64,000 nucleotides of DNA from Planctomycetota bacterium (GCA_044225365.1 JBGAIQ010000001.1:320001-384000), one strand, 5' to 3'; positions 7,404 to 17,208 are shown, counted from the first letter of the stretch. Program-made: numbers and translations. The notes: generated by a model not told the origin, from the letters alone.

Positions 7404-8918
7404 TCAGCGGCCGACGGTCTGGAGGGCGCGGTCGACGAGTTTTCGCCAGGGGCGCAGCGCGGGAGTCGAGAAGCGCGGGGTCGAGCGCGGGTCCTTGCCC
7501 TCGGAGAGGAGGGTGAGGAGTTCGATGCCCATACGACAATCGGGATCGGCGGGAAGGGAGGCGAACGCATCGAGCGCGCGCTCGAACTCGCCGCAACCGA
7601 GGCGAGCTTGGCCAAGGCGGGGCATGACGAGACTCGCCTCCGCACCGTCCACCAGCGCTCTCTCGAGTTGCTCGGCGGCACCCGCGCAATCCCCGCAATG
7701 CAACAACAACTGCGCGAGGCGCAACCGTGTGCCGAAATCCTTCGGATGTGCAGCAAGGGCGTTCGCGTAGTCCGATGCGGCGCCGACGAGATCATTCCCC
7801 TCGAGGCGCAGCCGCGCGCGAAGCAGGTACGGATCGAGTTTCCCCGCGTCGAGAGCGATGGAGCGATCGAGGCAACGCATTGCGGCGCGACGGTGTGACA
7901 GGTTCGCCAGCGCACGGCCCATCCCGAAATACGCGTACGGCCCCGTGACGCCCGGCTCCGGCGGAATGGCGTGGAGCTGGCGATCCGCGAGCCGCAAGCG
8001 AGCGTACGTCCGGAACGAAGCGCGGTGATCGCCGGTCTTCGCCTGGAGGTGACCGAGGACGAACAGCAGATTAGGGGTCTCGCCGAAGCGCTTGCGACCG
8101 TCCGTGACGATCGCCAGTGCTCCCTCCACGTCGCCCCGATGTTCGGCCTCGAGAGCGAGCAGCGCGTAGATCTCGGGACAGAACGACAGGTCCTTCGAGT
8201 CGGAATGGGGCATCGACTCGACGAGTTTTCGCGCCGTGTTCAGGGCTCTCTCAGCCTCGTCGCGCTTGTCGTCGAAACGGCGCAAGAAGTCACCGTACTT
8301 GTACCAGGAGTACGCGTGATTCGGATGGAGCTCGATCTGACGCTGGAAGAGTCGCATGTTGCGCGCATCCTTGTCACGATCGAGGACTCGCTGTTTCAGG
8401 TAGCCATCGTGATGGACGACCGCGGAATCGAGCGGCCCGAGTTTCATTCCACGGCGCTTCGCGTAACCGATGAGCGACGGGATCACCTGCTCATGGATGC
8501 AGAACTCGAAGCGAATCGAGGGATCTCGGCGGAAGAGGCGCAGGATCCCACACTGATGGATGCGATCGCCGCCGAGGTGATTCAGGAACTTCAGGTAGTA
8601 GCCGCACACGCGCCGATTCTCGATCGCAGCGACGATCGCCTCGCCCGCGCCGGGCTCCAGCCACTCATCGGCGTCGAGTACCAGGATCCAGTCCTTCGTC
8701 GCGGACGCGAGGGAGAGGTTGCGGACGGCGGCAAAGTCGTCCTCGAACCGAGTCGTGATGACCTTGTCGGTGTAACGCCGCGCGACGGCAACGGTGTCAT
8801 CGGTCGATCCCGTGTCGACGATCACGATCTCGTCGACGAAGCGCTTCACCGAGTCGAGCATTCGCGGAAGCAGATCCGCTTCATTGCGAACGATCGCGGC
8901 GAGGGTGAGGGTCGTCAT
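7404..8918 (-). CDS. GT2 glycosyltransferase with C-terminal TPRs (flagellin glycosyltransferase-like)
   Basis: IVRNEA...VDTGSTDDT...DDFAAVRN...WILVLDADE, IHEQ, HHDGY, then TPR helices; start ATG 8918. Confidence 0.88.
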   Translation of the reverse strand: MTTLTLAAIVRNEADLLPRMLDSVKRFVDEIVIVDTGSTDDTVAVARRYTDKVITTRFEDDFAAVRNLSLASATKDWILVLDADEWLEPGAGEAIVAAIENRRVCGYYLKFLNHLGGDRIHQCGILRLFRRDPSIRFEFCIHEQVIPSLIGYAKRRGMKLGPLDSAVVHHDGYLKQRVLDRDKDARNMRLFQRQIELHPNHAYSWYKYGDFLRRFDDKRDEAERALNTARKLVESMPHSDSKDLSFCPEIYALLALEAEHRGDVEGALAIVTDGRKRFGETPNLLFVLGHLQAKTGDHRASFRTYARLRLADRQLHAIPPEPGVTGPYAYFGMGRALANLSHRRAAMRCLDRSIALDAGKLDPYLLRARLRLEGNDLVGAASDYANALAAHPKDFGTRLRLAQLLLHCGDCAGAAEQLERALVDGAEASLVMPRLGQARLGCGEFERALDAFASLPADPDCRMGIELLTLLSEGKDPRSTPRFSTPALRPWRKLVDRALQTVGR

Positions 8919-9091
8919 GGGCGGGTGCTCTCGAATCGATTCGTCGCGATGTCGCACGCGAGATGCCGCAAGGATTGCGGGTAGAGAGCGCACGCTCTCC
9001 ACAATCTCTCATCGGCGTTTCGATCGTCGAACTTGGGAGGAACCGAGTTCGCTCTCGCCGCGAGTGACGCGAAGGTTTTTCCCTGATCGCC

Positions 9092-9119
9092 TCAAGTTTC
9101 GAGCGAGATCTTCCGAATC
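9092..9119 (+). promoter_or_regulatory. Possible sigma-28-like promoter for the long flagellar operon
   Basis: TCAAGTTT...TCCGAATC (TCAA-N16-TCCGAATC) upstream of 9173/9203; weak match. Confidence 0.25.
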
Positions 9120-9172
9120 GTGTCGAGCGAAGATTCTTCCCTTTCGCACGAGCGAGGCGGAAGAGATCGCAA

Positions 9173-10960
9173 GTGGACCCACGAGAGACCCGAGCGCAGA
9201 AGATGAGCGACGACGAAGAGAACGTGAGCGGGAGCGGCGCTGAGGACGTCGGCGGTGAGCCGACGAATCCGATGCAGCCGCAAGACCTCGCCGCGGAGTC
9301 GAGCGAGGCGCTGCCGATGGGCGACGACTTCGAGGAGCTGCCGGAAAGCGACTCGAACGTCGACGACTCGCCGGAATCGCTGGACGAGAGTTCGCAGTTG
9401 CTCGATGCGTTCAAGTCGCTCGAAGCGGATCCGCTCGCGGACGAACTCGCTGGGGACGAGGCTTCATCCTCGCACGAGACGCCTCGGGACGTGCCCGAAC
9501 TCGACGAGGAAAAGCCGAAGAAGAAGCGTGCGACGCGATCCCGTTCCAGCAAGACGAAGAAGCCGCGCAAGCCGTCCGGGCGCAAGCGGACGAAGAAGTC
9601 CAAGGACGAACTGGTCGAGACGCCGAGGGAGCCGGCCGACGAATCAGCGGTCACGGGGGCACGAGAAGCGGAATTCGCTTCGATGTCGGAGGAGGTCGCT
9701 GCCGCGCCGGAAACGCGTACCGAGTCGAATCCTCCGGAGGATCGGCGTGCAGCGGAGAGTGCAGTCGGAGCCGCTGAGGCCGCTCCCGTCGGAGCCGACG
9801 GTTCGGCTTTCCCGTTCATGAACGACGGAGAACACTCGCTCGACGATCTCGTGATCGACAGTGCGGATCTGACCGACACCGAATTCGCCGCGGCCGAGAC
9901 CGTTGCGATCGAAGACGCGGCCCGCGCCGCTGTCGCCGAAGCTCGCGCATCCCGCACGTCGAACAACGCGCGAAGCGAGGATTCCGCTGCGGCCCACGAC
10001 TCGGTCGAGCCGGTCACCGACGCCCACACCGACGCGCCGGCGACGCCGTTCGCCAAGCGCCTGCTTTCGCGCCTCTCGTCCGCGTGGGCATCCAACACGG
10101 CCGCCGCGACCGCGAGTCGCTTTCGGCGAACGATCGTTCGATCGGTCGCGGTGGGTGTCTTCGCCATGGCCGCCGGATTCGGCTATGGCGCCGCGGTGAA
10201 GCTGTTCTTCGGCAAGAAGCACGCCGACTTGAACGGGAATCAGATCGCGAGTTCGGCGCCGACGAACTCGAACGATGCGGACCCCGCGACGCCCGTGATG
10301 AAGGGTGCGAAGCAGGACGAGCCCGCGTCCACCAAGGGCGACGCGAGCAAGACCGACGAGAAGTCGCCGCCTTCGACCCCGAGTACCGACCCCGAGTCGG
10401 TGACCGAGAAACCGCAGGCGGAACCAGCCGTGAACGATTCGCAGAAGAGCGAATCGGCTTCGTCGACCGCCGAATCGAAGGGCGAGAACTCCGAGCCTTC
10501 CACCGCGAAGACGACACCCGTCGCCCCTTCGAACGACGAGAAGGCGGATCCCGCTACGGCGAATCCGCTGTCGCAATCCGGCGACTCGAAAGCCCATGAT
10601 GCCGCGCCAGCGCGTTCGAAGGGCGCAGGGGGGTTCGAGATGCCTCCGCTGAAATCCGCGGTTCAGGACCCGAATCACCCGCTCGCGAAGGGCCGACGAG
10701 CCCTGGAGACCGGCGACTTCGTCGCAGCCCGCCGCATGGCGGCCGGCTACCTGCTCCGCGAGGACGGCCTCTCCGAACAAGATCGGTTGCTGGTTCCGCA
10801 AGCGTACGCGCTCCTCGCCGACGTGATGAAGCGGGAATGGACGGAGGCGCACTCCGCCGATCGGAAGCCCGCGGCGAAGGAGCCGGCGGCGGAGTCGCAG
10901 GGCGAGAAGCACGGTGGCGGCGAGAACGAGGGTGAGCATCTCGGAGGCGAGAAACCATGA
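9173..10960 (+). CDS. Hypothetical bitopic membrane protein: acidic disordered N-terminus, one TM, low-complexity linker, C-terminal TPR-like helices
   Basis: TM VAVGVFAMAAGFGYGAAVKLFF; C-terminal LAKGRRALETGDFVAARR...QAYALLAD; ATGA-coupled to the next gene; alternative start ATG 9203. Confidence 0.75.
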   Translation: MDPRETRAQKMSDDEENVSGSGAEDVGGEPTNPMQPQDLAAESSEALPMGDDFEELPESDSNVDDSPESLDESSQLLDAFKSLEADPLADELAGDEASSSHETPRDVPELDEEKPKKKRATRSRSSKTKKPRKPSGRKRTKKSKDELVETPREPADESAVTGAREAEFASMSEEVAAAPETRTESNPPEDRRAAESAVGAAEAAPVGADGSAFPFMNDGEHSLDDLVIDSADLTDTEFAAAETVAIEDAARAAVAEARASRTSNNARSEDSAAAHDSVEPVTDAHTDAPATPFAKRLLSRLSSAWASNTAAATASRFRRTIVRSVAVGVFAMAAGFGYGAAVKLFFGKKHADLNGNQIASSAPTNSNDADPATPVMKGAKQDEPASTKGDASKTDEKSPPSTPSTDPESVTEKPQAEPAVNDSQKSESASSTAESKGENSEPSTAKTTPVAPSNDEKADPATANPLSQSGDSKAHDAAPARSKGAGGFEMPPLKSAVQDPNHPLAKGRRALETGDFVAARRMAAGYLLREDGLSEQDRLLVPQAYALLADVMKREWTEAHSADRKPAAKEPAAESQGEKHGGGENEGEHLGGEKP

Positions 10961-12537
10961 GTCCCGTCGCACGCACGCTACCGCTCGCCACACTGTTCCT
11001 CGCGATCGTCCCGAGCCTGACGAGAGCACAGTCGGAGATCGAACTCCTGCCGCGACACCCCGAGGTGGTTGCGCGCGAGGGCAAGGATCACTCGATGCGC
11101 TTCACCGTTCGTGGTCGCGATTGTGCGATCGTCGACTACCTCGCGGTGCTCGCGGAGCGCGGCGGGATCTCGATCGTGAGCGATGAGATCGCGAAGATCC
11201 AGTTGAAGGCGACGCTCGCGACGGTCGAGCTCTACGACCGACGGATCGATCAGATCATCGAGCTGCTCGCCGCCGACGCCGGAGTCGACTCGGAAGTGGA
11301 TTCGACGGGCGAGAAGTTCAAGCTCGTCGGGGTCGCAGCGGGAAGCGATCGCGCCCTGCTTCGCAACTCGATCGAGCAGTTCTACAAGATGGCGCTCGCT
11401 CGCCAGGGCGACGACGAGACGAACGCGCGCTGCCTCGCGGGTCTGGCCGAGATCCTGGAGAGATCCGGTGACTATGCCGGGGCGTACGCGTCCTTCGAGC
11501 AGTTGCTCGCGGAGCACTCGAGCTCGCCGTTCTCCACGGACGCCGAACTCAATCTCGCCGACTGCTACATGCAGCTCGATCAGAATGCACGCGCCAATCG
11601 GGTGCTGCGATCGTTCCTCGCCAAGTGCTCCGACCCAAAGCGCGCGGAGAAGGCGCTGCGTCGACTCGTGAAGCTCCTACTCGAGCAGAAGCGCTTCCCG
11701 GAGTTGGTGACGATGCATGAGGCGTTCGAGCGCATCGGCGTCCTCGAGGGCGAAACACTCGTGGAACTCGCCGATGCGGGCGCCGTGATGATCGAGGAGA
11801 GCGACGTCGACGTCTCCACGTTCCTCCTCGGCTGCTTCCGTGCGTTTCCGAAGGAGCACGCGATGCTCGGTCCCGTCCTCGCGCTCGCCTTCACGAAGCG
11901 CGGTGACGACGAGGCTTCTCGCATCATCCTCGAGAAAACCGCCCAGTCGCTCGACAATACGATCGATTCGACGTCGGCGCTCCTCGCGTACAGCGAGCTC
12001 TCGCGACGCGCCGGTCACTTCCCCGCGGCGTTGCTGTTCGCCGAACGTGCAGTGATGAAGTCCGAGAACAATCCCGTCCTTCGTCGCCGCGCGCATCTGC
12101 TGCTCGTCGACGTCTACGACGCTCTCGGCGACGCACCGCGCGTCTACCACCATCTCTGGGAGGCCGAGCAACTGTCGTCGCTCGAAGATGCACCGAAGCT
12201 CGCTCTCCGCGCCGCCGAGTTCGCGATGGATCGCAACGAACCCGAGCATGCGCGACTGCTGTTCCATTCCGCGGGCCAGTACGAGGGTGTCGGCCTCGAC
12301 GCCAGTCTCGGCGAAGCTCGCGCGCTGCTCCTCGCCGGGGACACCGATCGAGCCATGATGCATCTCGAGGCCCTCCTCCGCGACGACATGAGCGCAACGG
12401 AGCGCCGACGGGTCGAACTCTTGATGGTCGACTGTCATCGTGTCGCGCACGAGTACGACAAGGCCCTGGCCGCTCTCGAAGGCAATCCGCCGGAAACGAA
12501 GACGCCGGACGCGAAGGCGCCGGAGGCGAAGAAATGA
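10957..12537 (+). CDS. Secreted TPR protein with N-terminal STN-like domain
   Basis: Signal peptide (..SLTRA-Q), then FTVRGRDCAIVDYLAVLAERGGISIV...TVELYDRRIDQIIELLAADAGV (STN-like), then many TPRs. Confidence 0.75.
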   Translation: MSPVARTLPLATLFLAIVPSLTRAQSEIELLPRHPEVVAREGKDHSMRFTVRGRDCAIVDYLAVLAERGGISIVSDEIAKIQLKATLATVELYDRRIDQIIELLAADAGVDSEVDSTGEKFKLVGVAAGSDRALLRNSIEQFYKMALARQGDDETNARCLAGLAEILERSGDYAGAYASFEQLLAEHSSSPFSTDAELNLADCYMQLDQNARANRVLRSFLAKCSDPKRAEKALRRLVKLLLEQKRFPELVTMHEAFERIGVLEGETLVELADAGAVMIEESDVDVSTFLLGCFRAFPKEHAMLGPVLALAFTKRGDDEASRIILEKTAQSLDNTIDSTSALLAYSELSRRAGHFPAALLFAERAVMKSENNPVLRRRAHLLLVDVYDALGDAPRVYHHLWEAEQLSSLEDAPKLALRAAEFAMDRNEPEHARLLFHSAGQYEGVGLDASLGEARALLLAGDTDRAMMHLEALLRDDMSATERRRVELLMVDCHRVAHEYDKALAALEGNPPETKTPDAKAPEAKK

Positions 12538-13691
12538 AGACCGCCATCGTCTGTTTTGCCCTGGGAGTGGGTTTCGCCTACACGGTGTTCGACGGCGAGT
12601 CGCCGGCGCCGGTCCAGGCACCCGCGAAGCCCGAGACCGACCCCAAGAAGGCCAAGGAGCCCGCAGCGGAGCCCGCACCGGCGCCAGATGCGTCGAAGAA
12701 GCCAGCGGATCCAAACGCGAAGCCCGCCGAGCCGGACGCGAAGCCTGCGGATCCGAATGCAAAGAAAGAAGAGAAGCCGGAAGCGGCGGTTCCGGAAGCG
12801 AAGGACGTTGCGCGGCCCCTCCCGCACGACGGAACGGAGGAAACCGGTCCGAGTGTGTCGGTGCCGACGGTGACGGCGACCGCGACCGGTGGATCCCTCG
12901 CGCCCGACATCGGGTCCTACGAGAACGGACAGGAAGAGGCCGCGCGCATCGTCGCGGAGGCGACGAGCGGACTCGAGAGCCAGACACCGCTCAGCGATCA
13001 GGAGATGAAGGCGCTCCTCCGCGACGTCCTCGGCGGCGCCGATAGCGACGTCAGCGCGCTGGACGTGCTCGAGAAGCAAGTCCTCCAGGAACGGCTCGAA
13101 CTGAACGCCCTCATCGGCCAGGGACCCGACGCAAAGAGCCTCCTCGACAAGATCCCGGGATTCAACGACGAACTCGAGAAGATCGGGATTCCGGCCGACA
13201 TCGCGGAGCAGATTCGCAATCTCTCCGCCAAGGTCATCGAGCTGCACGGCGAGAAGAGTCTGCGCGACTGGACCAAGTACGAAGAGATCGGCAAGAAATC
13301 CGAGCCCGAGGGCTTCAAGTCGATCACGGATCCGAGCGCTACCGCGGAAGCGGCGCCGCCTCCGCCCAAGACCCGGCCGCGGTCCTCGCTTCCGAAGCTC
13401 GAAGCCGCATTGCTCTTCCAATCGGGCAACGCGGACGAGGCTCTCGAGATCCTCTCGAAGCTGCCCGAGGGCGACCTCGCTGCGCAGGATCGGTTCATCC
13501 TCGGAAGCTGCCTCGTCGCGAAGCGACAGTTCGAGCAGGCCGCGGCCGTCCTGAAGCCGCTCGCCGAGTCGAAGGACAGCGACATGCTCGCACAGGCTGC
13601 GAAACGTCAATTGAAGCGCATGGAGATGATCGAAGCCGGACTCGTCGGCCTCGATCCGCTCGAGAAGGCGCGCGTGGAGAATCAGAAATGA
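12534..13691 (+). CDS. Membrane-anchored or secreted Pro/Ala-linker protein with C-terminal TPR
   Basis: Hydrophobic N-terminus, Pro/Ala/Lys-rich linker, C-terminal LLFQSGNADEALEIL...FILGSCLVAKRQFEQAAAVL; ATGA overlaps on both sides. Confidence 0.75.
   Translation: MKTAIVCFALGVGFAYTVFDGESPAPVQAPAKPETDPKKAKEPAAEPAPAPDASKKPADPNAKPAEPDAKPADPNAKKEEKPEAAVPEAKDVARPLPHDGTEETGPSVSVPTVTATATGGSLAPDIGSYENGQEEAARIVAEATSGLESQTPLSDQEMKALLRDVLGGADSDVSALDVLEKQVLQERLELNALIGQGPDAKSLLDKIPGFNDELEKIGIPADIAEQIRNLSAKVIELHGEKSLRDWTKYEEIGKKSEPEGFKSITDPSATAEAAPPPPKTRPRSSLPKLEAALLFQSGNADEALEILSKLPEGDLAAQDRFILGSCLVAKRQFEQAAAVLKPLAESKDSDMLAQAAKRQLKRMEMIEAGLVGLDPLEKARVENQK
12699..12764 (+). repeat. 21-bp coding repeat x3 (KPA[DE]P[ND]A)
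   Basis: KPADPNA-KPAEPDA-KPADPNA-K in the linker of 12534-13691. Confidence 0.7.
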
Positions 13692-14950
13692 CCAAGTCTC
13701 CTTCCACCCTCGAGAAGGGCGGCGATCTCGCCGCGCTCCGCGCCCTCTCGGACGCTGCGCGCCGCGTCGAGGCCGCATACTCCAAGCTGCGCCACGGCGC
13801 TGCGCGGCTCGATCAGGAACTCGCCGACGCGAATCGCCGACTCGAGCAGAAGGTCGTCGAGTTGGAACACCTCTCGGGGTCGCTCGCCGCCGTGCTCTCC
13901 GCGATCCCGTGCGGGGTCGTGGTCGCGGATGGCGACGGCGTGGTGATCATGGCGAATCCCGCGGCGCAGCGGATCCTCGGCGTGAGCCAGAAGGATCTGC
14001 TGGGACGGCCGGCCGCCTCGGTCGTCGACGAGAACGGCCAGAAGCTCCTGCTCCTGCCGCGCGGTGAATGTTCCGACATCGAGCGGCCGGTCGCTTCCCC
14101 CGACTCCAAGGAAGGGGCTCGGATCGTTCGCGGCAGCGTGGTTGCCGTGAAGGACGCCGCCGGCGAATTCCTCGGTCGCGTCGAACTGCTCGACGATCGG
14201 ACCGAAGTGAAGACATTGGAGGAAGAAGTGCGACGCCTCGACCGGCTGGCCGAGCTCGGTCGCGTCGCCGCGATCCTCGCCCATGAGATCCGCAATCCGC
14301 TCTCCGGCATCCGGGGCTTCGCCGGGATGCTCGAGCGAAAGCTCAAGGATGGGGACGGTCGTGAATCCGAACTTCGCTACGCCCGCCGGATCTGCGAGGG
14401 CGCGGATCGCGCCGACGCGATCATCGACAGCGTGCTCTTCCTCGCTCGCCCGCGCCCGCTGCGTCACGAGACCGTCGACGTCGAGAGCTTCTTCTGCGAT
14501 TGCTGGGAGAGCGTTGCGCATGCCGATCCCGCTCGCGCCAGGGGCGTCGAGGTCAAGCTCGACGTCTCGCCCCGCGGCCTCGCGATCCACGCCGATCGAG
14601 TGCGCCTCGCTCAGGGCGTCTCCAACCTCCTCACGAATGCTCTCCATGCGACGAGCTCGACCGGTGGCAAGGGACACATCGAACTCTCGGCGCGGGTGAA
14701 CGGCGAATTCATGACCCTGCGAATCGCGGACGACGGCCCGGGCATCGATCGGGAATCGTTGCCGCATCTCTTCGAACCGTTCTTCACGACGAAGAGCGAG
14801 GGCGCGGGCCTCGGCCTCGCGCTGGTCCAGCGCGTCGCGGAGCTGCATGGCGGCAAGGTCCGCGTGACGAGCGAGAAGGGCAAGGGCGCGGCGTTCTGCC
14901 TCGACCTCCCGATGCACAAGAACCTCGAGACGGAAACGGCCTGCGCATGA
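13688..14950 (+). CDS. Cytoplasmic PAS histidine kinase, FleS/FlgS-like
   Basis: N-terminal coiled coil, PAS (ANPAAQRILG), H-box LAHEIRNPL, DDGPG, FEPFFTTK, GAGLGL; no TM. Confidence 0.9.
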   Translation: MTKSPSTLEKGGDLAALRALSDAARRVEAAYSKLRHGAARLDQELADANRRLEQKVVELEHLSGSLAAVLSAIPCGVVVADGDGVVIMANPAAQRILGVSQKDLLGRPAASVVDENGQKLLLLPRGECSDIERPVASPDSKEGARIVRGSVVAVKDAAGEFLGRVELLDDRTEVKTLEEEVRRLDRLAELGRVAAILAHEIRNPLSGIRGFAGMLERKLKDGDGRESELRYARRICEGADRADAIIDSVLFLARPRPLRHETVDVESFFCDCWESVAHADPARARGVEVKLDVSPRGLAIHADRVRLAQGVSNLLTNALHATSSTGGKGHIELSARVNGEFMTLRIADDGPGIDRESLPHLFEPFFTTKSEGAGLGLALVQRVAELHGGKVRVTSEKGKGAAFCLDLPMHKNLETETACA

Positions 14951-16416
14951 TCGAGAACGTACTGATCGTCGACGACGAACCGCTGGCGCGCGAGTTCCTC
15001 GCGGAGTTCCTCTCCGACAAGGGAATCCACGTGGTCGCCTGCGACAACGCGCAGGACGCTTTCTCCCGGCTCACCGAAGGCCGCTTCGACCTGGTGATCA
15101 CGGATCTGCGGATGCCCGGCGACGATGGGTTCGCGCTCTTGCGCCGGATCCGACTTTCCGGCCGCGAGCTTCCGGTGATCGTGAACACGGCGTACGGCTC
15201 GGTCGACGCCGCAGTGAAGGCCCTGAAGGAAGGCGCGTTCGACTTCCTCACCAAGCCGCTGCGACCGGAGCTCATCGATTCGGTGCTGGCGAACGTCTCG
15301 CAGTACATCGCTCAATCGAATTCGAGCGGTGTCGCCGGTACGGCCGGACTCGCCGCGCCGCCGATCGACCGCGCTCGCGCGTGTCTCTCGGCTGGCATGC
15401 CGCTCGTCGGCAAGTCGCAGGCGCTGCGCGGACTCGTCGACACCGCGATCCGTGTCGCGAGGTCGCGCGCCACGGTCCTGATCACGGGCGAGAGCGGCAC
15501 GGGCAAGGAGTTGTTCGCCCGCCTCATCCACAAGGAATCGCCGCGGCGCGACCGGCCGTTCGTGCGCGTCAACTGCGCGGCGCTCGCGGAGACGCTCCTC
15601 GAGAGCGAGTTGTTCGGACATGAGCGCGGCGCGTTCACCGGTGCGGTCGCGCGGCGCGAGGGTCGCTTCGAACTGGCGGATGGTGGCACGTTGTTCCTCG
15701 ACGAGATCGGAGAGACGAGTCCCGCGCTGCAGGCGAAGCTCCTGCGCGTGCTCGAAGAGCGGGAGTTCGAGCGTGTCGGCGGCAGCAAGACGCTGACGAC
15801 CGACGTCCGCGTCATCGCGGCGACGAATCGCGACCTCGAGAAGGAGATCGCCGCCGGCAAGTTCCGCGACGACCTGTTCTATCGCCTGAAGGTGGTACAG
15901 CTCGCGATCCCCGCGCTGCGGGAGCGTCGCGACGACATCGAAGCGCTCGCGCTGCACTTCCTCGAGAAGTACGCCCGCGAGAACGGCTCGCGCGTGAAGC
16001 GCATCAGCGACGCTGCGATGACAATGCTGAAGACGCAGGGCTGGCAGGGCAACGTGCGCGAGCTCGAGAACGCGATCGAGCGCGCCGTCGTCCTCGATCC
16101 CGGCGAGACCCTCGAGCCGAGGCACTTCGGCATCGCCGGCGTCAGCGGAACGGGTGACGAGGCGGGCGCGACGGGCGTGCCCGACGTCTCGGCGCACGTC
16201 GGATGCACGCTCGAGCGGGTCGAACGCGCGCTCATCCTGCGAACGCTCGAGAGCACGGGCAATCGCCGCAAGGAAGCGGCGCGCATCCTCGGCGTCACGC
16301 CGCGCACGCTCACGAACAAGATCGCTCAATTCCGTCGCGAAGGGATCCATGTCGGGCCGCCGCAGCGCCAGCGCGCGGGGGTCGGTGCGATGGCCTTCCA
16401 CTCCGAGGAGGTTTGA
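14947..16416 (+). CDS. Sigma-54-dependent response regulator, FleR/FlgR/FlrC-like
   Basis: REC (LIVDDE, TDLRMP), GESGTGKE, GAFTGA, FRDDLFYRL, HTH; true start ATG 14947. Confidence 0.93.
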   Translation: MIENVLIVDDEPLAREFLAEFLSDKGIHVVACDNAQDAFSRLTEGRFDLVITDLRMPGDDGFALLRRIRLSGRELPVIVNTAYGSVDAAVKALKEGAFDFLTKPLRPELIDSVLANVSQYIAQSNSSGVAGTAGLAAPPIDRARACLSAGMPLVGKSQALRGLVDTAIRVARSRATVLITGESGTGKELFARLIHKESPRRDRPFVRVNCAALAETLLESELFGHERGAFTGAVARREGRFELADGGTLFLDEIGETSPALQAKLLRVLEEREFERVGGSKTLTTDVRVIAATNRDLEKEIAAGKFRDDLFYRLKVVQLAIPALRERRDDIEALALHFLEKYARENGSRVKRISDAAMTMLKTQGWQGNVRELENAIERAVVLDPGETLEPRHFGIAGVSGTGDEAGATGVPDVSAHVGCTLERVERALILRTLESTGNRRKEAARILGVTPRTLTNKIAQFRREGIHVGPPQRQRAGVGAMAFHSEEV

Positions 16417-16418
16417 TC

Positions 16419-16754
16419 ATGCAAGCCGATAGCACTCGTTTGTTGACCGCGGCCCTCGACGGGCTCGCAGCTCGCCAGCGCGCGATCTCCGCGAACCTCG
16501 CGAACAGCAGCACGCCGGGGTACAAGCGCATGACCGTCAGTTTCGAGGATCAGCTCGAGAGCGCGAAGAAGGGCATCTCCATCGCGCCGAAGTTCGATCG
16601 CGACTCTGCACAGGGTGGCCCGGACGGCAACAACGTCGACCCCGCTACCGAAGTCGGGCAGCTCACGCGCGTCGAGCTCAGTTACCAGGTGATCGCCCGG
16701 GCCGTGGCGATGGAATCGAATCAACTCCGCGCCGCGATCAGCGGTCACGCGTGA
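16419..16754 (+). CDS. flgB: Flagellar basal-body rod protein FlgB
   Basis: RQRAISANLANSSTPGYK, DGNNVD; start ATG 16419. Confidence 0.93.
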   Translation: MQADSTRLLTAALDGLAARQRAISANLANSSTPGYKRMTVSFEDQLESAKKGISIAPKFDRDSAQGGPDGNNVDPATEVGQLTRVELSYQVIARAVAMESNQLRAAISGHA

Positions 16755-16777
16755 ATCGAGAAAGCAGGCAAGCGAAC

Positions 16778-17197
16778 ATGTCGAACAAGATCGAACCCTT
16801 TCGCGCACTCGACATCGCCGGCTCCGGCCTCTCGGCCGAGCAGAAGCGGCTCGAGATCATCGCCGGCAACCTCGCAAACGCGCAGACGACGAAGACTCCC
16901 GAGGGTGGCCCGTACCGTCGCAAGGAAGTCGTTTTCAAGACGATCTACGACGGACAGGACCGTGCGCCGATCGTCAAGGTCGCGGGCGTCCACTCGGACG
17001 ACAGCGACTTCAAGCGCGTCTTCAAGGGCGTGGGGGCGCCCGATGCGGACAAGGACGGATACGTCGCGTATCCCAACGTCGACGCCGTCTACGAGATGGT
17101 GGACATGATGGAGGCGATGCGCTCCTACGAGGCGAATCTGCGCTCGATCAAGACGTTCCGGACGATGGCGGACGCAGCCCTGCAGATCGGTCGCTGA
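16778..17197 (+). CDS. flgC: Flagellar basal-body rod protein FlgC
   Basis: GSGLSAEQKRLEIIAGNLANA, PYRRK, YPNVD...EMVDMMEAMRSYEAN. Confidence 0.96.
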   Translation: MSNKIEPFRALDIAGSGLSAEQKRLEIIAGNLANAQTTKTPEGGPYRRKEVVFKTIYDGQDRAPIVKVAGVHSDDSDFKRVFKGVGAPDADKDGYVAYPNVDAVYEMVDMMEAMRSYEANLRSIKTFRTMADAALQIGR

Positions 17198-17208
17198 GGA
17201 GGAATCCC

